From: a virus
Lineage: Duplodnaviria; Heunggongvirae; Uroviricota; Caudoviricetes
DNA: 4,459 nt
Virus record (IMG/VR): IMGVR_UViG_3300029234_000155
Reading direction: 5' to 3' (one strand)
The notes below the pieces were generated by a model that had not been told where the DNA came from, did no database searches, and saw only the letters and a program-made list of their open reading frames with translations. The position numbers and the translations under genes are program-made. Of the stretch, positions 1 through 4,459 are shown piece by piece (the stretch's first letter is position 1; each line of letters starts with the position of its first letter).

Positions 1-20
1 GCTTCCATCGGAAACGATGA

Positions 21-386
21 TCTGGCAGCCTGAGTTCACAGATAAAACACTCTCCAGGAAACCCGGGGCGGTTCAGTCAGCATTGCCATGGTAAGGGCGA
101 AGCCAGCACAGCGTGCAGAGGGTGTAAGGGTAAAGGGATTGTTCTGGATGAAAAAAGAACCCGGTTTCATGGCGTACCGGTATATAAGATTTGTGGGCGT
201 TGTAATGGAAACCGGTTTAGTCGTTTACCGACCACGCTGGCACGACGTCATGTCCAGAAGCTGGTACCAGACCTGACCGATTATCAGTGGTATAAGGGGT
301 ATGCGGACGTCATTGGTAAACTGGTAACAAAGTGCTGGCAGGAAGAAGCATACGCGGAAGCGCAATTGAGGAAGGTGACGAGATAA
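21..386 (+). CDS. quuQ: Phage late-gene antiterminator Q, C-terminal portion (lambda-Q-like zinc-finger domain); 5' part outside the window and reading frame interrupted near the window start
   Basis: The frame with codons starting at positions divisible by 3 is open from 21 to the TAA at 384-386. It translates to ...TACRGCKGKGIVLDEKRTRFHGVPVYKICGRCNGNRFSRLP...LVPDLT...AQLRKVTR, which matches the CxxC...CxxC zinc-binding domain and ...VTR terminus of lambda Q as I remember it. There is no ATG/GTG/TTG start in this frame inside the window, and an in-frame TGA sits at 18-20. The provided ORF track misses it because there is no start codon. Symbol by synteny with Qin, from memory. Confidence 0.65.
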   Translation, partial: SGSLSSQIKHSPGNPGRFSQHCHGKGEASTACRGCKGKGIVLDEKRTRFHGVPVYKICGRCNGNRFSRLPTTLARRHVQKLVPDLTDYQWYKGYADVIGKLVTKCWQEEAYAEAQLRKVTR

Positions 387-417
387 ATGATTTTTGCTGA
401 AGATGGCGACATGATGT

Positions 418-453
418 TTGCATTTTTCAAAAAATATGGATAAAATTTTTTCA
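418..453 (+). promoter_or_regulatory. pR'-like sigma70 late promoter with promoter-proximal pause element
   Basis: -35 TTGCAT (418-423), 17-bp spacer, -10 TAAAAT (441-446), then 6 nt to an A at 453 that begins AACGATGGG. Lambda pR' has the same geometry and the same initial transcribed sequence AACGATGGG, whose -10-like AACGAT induces the sigma70-dependent pause where Q loads (recalled from memory). It lies immediately downstream of the Q stop codon. Confidence 0.6.
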
Positions 454-491
454 ACGATGGGCTTTGTATACCCGACGTTAAGAAAAAGTAG

Positions 492-522
492 AAAACCCGC
501 TGATGAGCGGGTTTTGTGCTTT
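492..522 (+). terminator. tR'-like intrinsic terminator closing a short (about 65 nt) leader transcript from the late promoter
   Basis: Perfect 10-bp stem AAAACCCGCT (492-501) / AGCGGGTTTT (506-515) with 4-nt loop GATG, followed by GTGCTTT. Its position about 40 nt downstream of the predicted start is as expected for the terminator that Q-modified RNA polymerase reads through. Confidence 0.7.
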
Positions 523-807
523 AAATGGGGCAATGGTAATGTTGAATCTCATCCCGGGACTCATGTCTGTTAACTTATTATTTAGCTGGTGACTTGGTTA
601 TTTGCCTGATGTTTAAAATGTTTTCTTCCAGTACAATGTCCCTAAACACAATGAGTCTGCTTATTATATTATTAGCAGAGCTATTACGGCCAAAGTACAG
701 CATAAGCTTTTAAAGCCAATCAACCAGTCATCAAGACAGACGGGGTTATTCATAAAAACTCTCCATGTGTGATCCGATGGGGCCTGAAATTAAAGCTTTA
801 ATATAGC

Positions 808-1020
808 TCATGAAAGGTAAACATTGGCAGCTGAAGGGCCACGCAGACCATTTATCCGGCAAAATTCCACGCGTAATCCGGTGGTAATTTCTTCTGCATC
901 GCGGAGATTGAGCGCTGAAACATGAAGCTGGACATCGATACGACCATCGGATGGGGTGATAAGACCCTTGCCGCTTTTGCCGTCAAAGGTTTTGACAATT
1001 CCTGTCATTTTACGGGACAA
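808..1020 (-). CDS. cspF: Cold-shock-domain protein, CspF/CspH-type (70 aa)
   Basis: ORF translates to [70 protein letters not shown], with the conserved MSxKMTGxVK N-terminus and GPxAANV C-terminus of the CspA family. The start is TTG (plus-strand CAA at 1018-1020) with AAGGA 6 nt upstream; the first ATG is at codon 5. Symbol by synteny (divergent from cspB in the prophage). Confidence 0.85.
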
Positions 1021-1124
1021 AAAAATTCCTTAATACTGATAACTTGGCGCACTATACACACGTTCCTGAAGAAAGCTATAGTTTTTTGATGGGGTTGAAG
1101 ATGGCTGGATGTCTAAAATAAACA

Positions 1125-1161
1125 TTGCTTCATATGTTCAACTATGCGTTAATGATTGCGT
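1125..1161 (+). promoter_or_regulatory. cspB promoter (sigma70) with upstream AT-rich UP-like tract
   Basis: -35 TTGCTT (1125-1130), 17-bp spacer, -10 GTTAAT (1148-1153), predicted start about 1160-1161 just before CGGTTTGAAGAACAGAC. The arrangement parallels the cspA promoter (TTGCAT / CTTAAT / ACGGTTTGACGTACAGAC) as I recall it. AT-rich tract TCTAAAATAAACA lies upstream. Confidence 0.55.
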
Positions 1162-1320
1162 CGGTTTGAAGAACAGACGATATACGAAGTAGTTTACTAA
1201 AGCAGTTCTCATTTCAGGTGTTATTCACTTATTCCTTCTTTGAGTCTCTCCAATTAAGTACGAAGTCGTTTCTGTTATGCAAACCATTTATGCCGAAAGG
1301 CTCAAGTTAAGGAATGTAGA
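1161..1320 (+). promoter_or_regulatory. cspB 5' untranslated leader (about 160 nt) with cold-box-like element at its 5' end
   Basis: GGTTTGAAGAACAGAC (1163-1178) resembles the cspA cold box. The leader length of about 160 nt from the predicted start agrees with the roughly 161-nt cspB leader I recall from the literature. SD AAGGA at 1308-1312, 8 nt before the ATG. Confidence 0.5.
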
Positions 1321-1536
1321 ATGTCAAATAAAATGACTGGTTTAGTAAAATGGTTTAACGCTGATAAAGGTTTCGGCTTTATTTCTCCTGTTGATGGTAG
1401 TAAAGATGTGTTTGTGCATTTTTCTGCGATTCAGAATGATAATTATCGAACCTTATTTGAAGGTCAAAAGGTTACCTTCTCTATAGAGAGTGGTGCTAAA
1501 GGTCCTGCAGCAGCAAATGTCATCATTACTGATTAA
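1321..1536 (+). CDS. cspB: Cold-shock protein CspB (71 aa), CspA-family cold-shock-domain protein
   Basis: ORF translates to [71 protein letters not shown], with canonical RNP1-like KGFGFI and RNP2-like VFVHF motifs. ATG start with SD and long cold-shock-type leader upstream. Confidence 0.95.
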   Translation: MSNKMTGLVKWFNADKGFGFISPVDGSKDVFVHFSAIQNDNYRTLFEGQKVTFSIESGAKGPAAANVIITD

Positions 1537-1817
1537 AATTCATCGCTCGTCTGTATACGATAACGAAGAAGGCTGATGCCTGAGTAGAGATACGGACAGA
1601 GTAGTGAATATTGGATCTCTTTAATAAAAAGTAAGGAGGTCCAATACATGAAACAATGGCTAGCATATTTGGCAAAATCTTAATCAGGAAAAGTATGCTA
1701 ACCATTGTGGTGAAGTGCAGGTTTGCTGCATGAATAGTTTTACAGCAGAAGCTAACTGCTGGCATGGCAAAACAAAGTGCGTAAGTGGATGACTCCCACA
1801 AAAAGCACCACAATCTC

Positions 1818-1843
1818 AAACCCGCTCAGGCGGGTTTTTTATT
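1818..1843 (+). terminator. Rho-independent terminator downstream of cspB (possibly also serving convergent ynfU)
   Basis: Stem AAACCCGC (1818-1825) / GCGGGTTT (1830-1837) with loop TCAG, followed by TTTATTAT, about 280 nt after the cspB stop. On the minus strand the same hairpin is preceded by an A-run and followed by only TTTGAG, so it is a weaker terminator in that direction. Confidence 0.75.
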
Positions 1844-1899
1844 ATCTGCTTTAAATATATTATTAAAATATAAAAAATACTTGTTACTAATAAAATCAA

Positions 1900-2070
1900 T
1901 CAGGCTACAGCTTTAAGATTTGTCTGGAATACTTTGTTGCAATGAGGGCAGATCAAAAGGGCACCTTTTTGTACTCTTGAAAAACTGTGTTCTGACTCTT
2001 GGGTGCAGTTTGGGCAGGAACATTTAACGAGATAATTACGGCGTGATTTTGAGTTTTTACGTTCTGACAT
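1900..2070 (-). CDS. ynfU: Small zinc-ribbon protein (56 aa), two CPxC motifs
   Basis: Minus-strand ORF MSERKNSKSRRNYLVKCSCPNCTQESEHSFSRVQKGALLICPHCNKVFQTNLKAVA. ATG is the plus-strand CAT at 2068-2070, with AGGA 7 nt upstream on the minus strand. The 73-aa form in the ORF track has an unsupported N-terminal extension. CSCPNC...CPHC is a zinc-ribbon signature. The 56-aa length matches the Qin small protein YnfU as I recall it. Confidence 0.7.
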   Translation of the reverse strand: MSERKNSKSRRNYLVKCSCPNCTQESEHSFSRVQKGALLICPHCNKVFQTNLKAVA

Positions 2071-2289
2071 AGGCTTTTCCTGTATAAATGGCCGTATACA
2101 GTACACTAAATATGAAAACATTTCTCGTATTATTATTTTATATATGACTTTCTTTCAAAATAATTACCCACATTTTTAATGTGTATGTTTTTTTAGCGCC
2201 GTTGAGAACAACGTGTGCTGTCAAAACTACCCCGTAGACTCCGATCTTTTCAAACATATTGCACCATCCGTGTACATCGGGGTGAGGAT

Positions 2290-2505
2290 ATGAAATCAAT
2301 GGATAAGTTAACAACAGGTGTTGCCTATGGCACATCGGCGGGTAATGCTGGTTTCTGGGCATTGCAGTTACTCGATAAAGTAACTCCGTCACAGTGGGCT
2401 GCAATCGGTGTGCTGGGTAGCCTGGTTTTTGGCCTGCTGACGTATCTGACAAATCTTTATTTCAAGATTAAAGAAGACAGGCGTAAGGCTGCGAGAGGAG
2501 AGTAA
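2290..2505 (+). CDS. essQ: Phage-21-type class II holin (pinholin), 71 aa, with dual-start motif (alternative start at 2299 gives the 68-aa form)
   Basis: [71 protein letters not shown]. Two TM segments, the first Gly/Ala-rich (SAR-like), and near-identity to phage 21 S21 as recalled. ATG at 2290 and 2299 (M-K-S-M) parallel the S21-71 antiholin / S21-68 holin pair. GAGGA at 2284-2288 is 10 nt before the second ATG. The GTG-initiated 96-aa extension in the ORF track is not supported. Confidence 0.9.
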   Translation: MKSMDKLTTGVAYGTSAGNAGFWALQLLDKVTPSQWAAIGVLGSLVFGLLTYLTNLYFKIKEDRRKAARGE

Positions 2506-2509
2506 TCCA

Positions 2510-2817
2510 ATGACTCAAGACTATGAACTGGTTGTGAAAGGAGTCCGTAATTTTGAGAATAAAGTTACGGTAACTGTAGCCTTACAGGACAAAGAACGCT
2601 TTGACGGTGAAATTTTTGACCTGGATGTCGCCATGGACCGTGTTGAAGGAGCTGCGCTGGAGTTTTATGAGGCAGCAGCCAGAAGGAGCGTCCGGCAAGT
2701 CTTCCTGGAAGTAGCAGAAAAATTGTCAGAAAAAGTTGAGTCTTATCTGCAGCATCAGTACTCCTTTAAGATTGAAAATCCTGCCAATAAGCACGAGCGT
2801 CCTCATCATAAATATCT

Positions 2818-2821
<4 letters not shown>
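2510..2821 (+). CDS. ydfR: Hypothetical protein of unknown function (DUF1327-type as I recall), 103 aa, soluble and acidic, embedded in the lysis cassette
   Basis: ORF MTQDYELVVKGVRNFENKVTVTVALQDKERFDGEIFDLDVAMDRVEGAALEFYEAAARRSVRQVFLEVAEKLSEKVESYLQHQYSFKIENPANKHERPHHKYL. AGGAG at 2496-2500 is 9 nt before the ATG. It starts 4 nt after the essQ stop, and its TGA stop overlaps the rrrQ ATG (ATGA at 2818-2821). No hydrophobic segment. Confidence 0.85.
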
Positions 2822-3845
<1,024 letters not shown>

Positions 3846-4027
3846 GGTAATATTAAATCGGAACATTTACATCGCGGAATGTAAAATTTAAATAAAAAGG
3901 ACTCTTCCATGAGCCAAAATTCCTGAAATCTTAAGGGTAAGATAAAAGGTCTTAATCAGAATGACACGTTTTATTAATAAATAAAGCTATTCTTTCATTG
4001 CTGTGTTTTTCTTTACAAAAGTAATCC

Positions 4028-4207
4028 TTGCTATGGGTGGTTAATCATGCGTTAATGGTGTTCTGGTTTGTTACAAATTTATCTGAAGCAGTCATTGTTA
4101 TAATTTTATTATTTGTACCTCTTGAGATTTCCTTGTTGGTTTTTCTCTCTGATATTTTTTTTCGGACCATTCTGCCCAAGGGCTAATTTCTTCAAAAGGT
4201 AATAATT
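4028..4207 (+). promoter_or_regulatory. cspI promoter and about 145-nt cold-shock-type 5' leader
   Basis: -35 TTGCTA (4028-4033), 17-bp spacer, -10 GTTAAT (4051-4056), predicted start about 4063 before TGGTTTG. This is the same GCGTTAATG...GGTTTG architecture as upstream of cspB in this window. The leader length of about 145 nt agrees with what I recall for cspI. AT-rich UP-like tract upstream; SD AAGG 8 nt before the ATG. Confidence 0.5.
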
Positions 4208-4399
4208 ATGTCTAACAAAATGACTGGTTTAGTGAAATGGTTTAACCCTGAAAAAGGTTTTGGTTTCATCACGCCGAAAGATGGCAGCAAAGATGTGTTT
4301 GTCCATTTCTCAGCAATTCAGAGCAACGATTTCAAAACATTAACTGAGAATCAGGAAGTTGAATTTGGTATTGAGAACGGACCTAAAGGTCCTGCCTAG
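4208..4399 (+). pseudogene. cspI: Cold-shock protein CspI gene, 3'-truncated (63 codons; last strand of the cold-shock domain missing) by IS2 insertion
   Basis: [63 protein letters not shown] stops at a TAG (4397-4399) directly after KGPA. The in-window paralog CspB continues AANVIITD after the equivalent KGPA, and CspI is about 70 aa as I recall. The TAG is the first three bases of the IS2-like terminal repeat. Confidence 0.85.
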
Positions 4400-4459
4400 A
4401 CTGGCCCCCTGAATCTCCAGACAACCAATATCACTTAAATAAGTGATAGTCTTAATACT
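4397..4459 (+). mobile_element. IS2 (IS3 family) left end: terminal inverted repeat and first about 63 bp, element continues beyond the window
   Basis: TAGACTGGCCCCCTGAATCTCCAGACAACCAATATCACTTAAATAAGTGATAGTCTTAATACT matches the IS2 left terminus as I remember it (TAGACTGGCCCCCTGAATCTCCAGACAACC...). It contains an internal 9-bp inverted repeat TATCACTTA / TAAGTGATA (4429-4448). It begins exactly where cspI loses homology to its paralog. Confidence 0.75.

Noticed and set aside
88-276. 62-aa plus-strand ORF from the ORF track (MVRAKPAQ...)
   Set aside because: It is in a different frame from, and entirely overlaps, the region whose other frame gives a clear lambda-Q-like zinc-finger domain. No SD and no recognisable domain, so most likely a chance ORF.
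225-533. 102-aa minus-strand ORF
   Set aside because: Antisense to the Q coding region and running across the pR'-like promoter and tR'-like terminator. No SD and no recognisable motifs.
538-591. 17-codon plus-strand ORF (MLNLIPGLMSVNLLFSW) after the tR'-like terminator
   Set aside because: No SD and no conservation argument available. Probably chance.
1526-1819. 97-aa minus-strand ORF in the cspB-ynfU spacer
   Set aside because: Begins at a non-ATG codon abutting the terminator hairpin and overlaps the cspB 3' end. Cys/Phe-rich low-complexity translation typical of AT-rich noncoding DNA. A real small protein cannot be fully excluded.
2071-2121. N-terminal extension giving a 73-aa form of the ynfU ORF
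   Set aside because: No SD before the upstream ATG, whereas the internal ATG (plus-strand 2068-2070) has AGGA at a 7-nt spacing and gives the 56-aa zinc-ribbon protein.
2215-2289. GTG-initiated 5' extension of essQ (96-aa form in the ORF track)
   Set aside because: The holin family is about 68-71 aa with the MKSM dual-start motif. The extension has no SD and no homology support.
2138-2452. 104-aa minus-strand ORF
   Set aside because: Antisense overlap with the essQ pinholin gene and its upstream region. No supporting signals.
3866-3885. Hairpin TTTACAT-CGCGGA-ATGTAAA downstream of the rzpQ stop as a late-operon terminator
   Set aside because: Short AT-rich stem with no convincing U-tract. 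Insufficient to call a terminator.

Overview
This 4.46-kb window reads as the late-gene and lysis region of an Escherichia coli lambdoid cryptic prophage; the gene order matches what I remember of Qin. It contains the 3' portion of a lambda-type Q antiterminator gene (reading frame interrupted near the window start), a pR'-like late promoter with a tR'-like terminator, and three cold-shock-domain genes (cspF on the minus strand, cspB and cspI on the plus strand). These frame a translationally coupled phage-21-type lysis cassette: pinholin (essQ), an unknown-function gene (ydfR), SAR endolysin (rrrQ) and embedded spanins (rzpQ with rzoQ in the +1 frame). A 56-aa zinc-ribbon small protein (ynfU) is encoded on the opposite strand between cspB and the holin. 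cspI is cut short at codon 63, exactly where the sequence becomes what I recognise as the left end of IS2, which runs to the window edge. The most interesting points are the uncharacterised ydfR gene inside the lysis cassette, the apparently disrupted Q gene upstream of an intact lysis cassette, and the IS2-truncated cspI. No tRNA, rRNA or CRISPR features were seen. Everything is from reading the sequence plus memory of the protein families; no database search was run, and gene symbols are assigned by synteny from memory.
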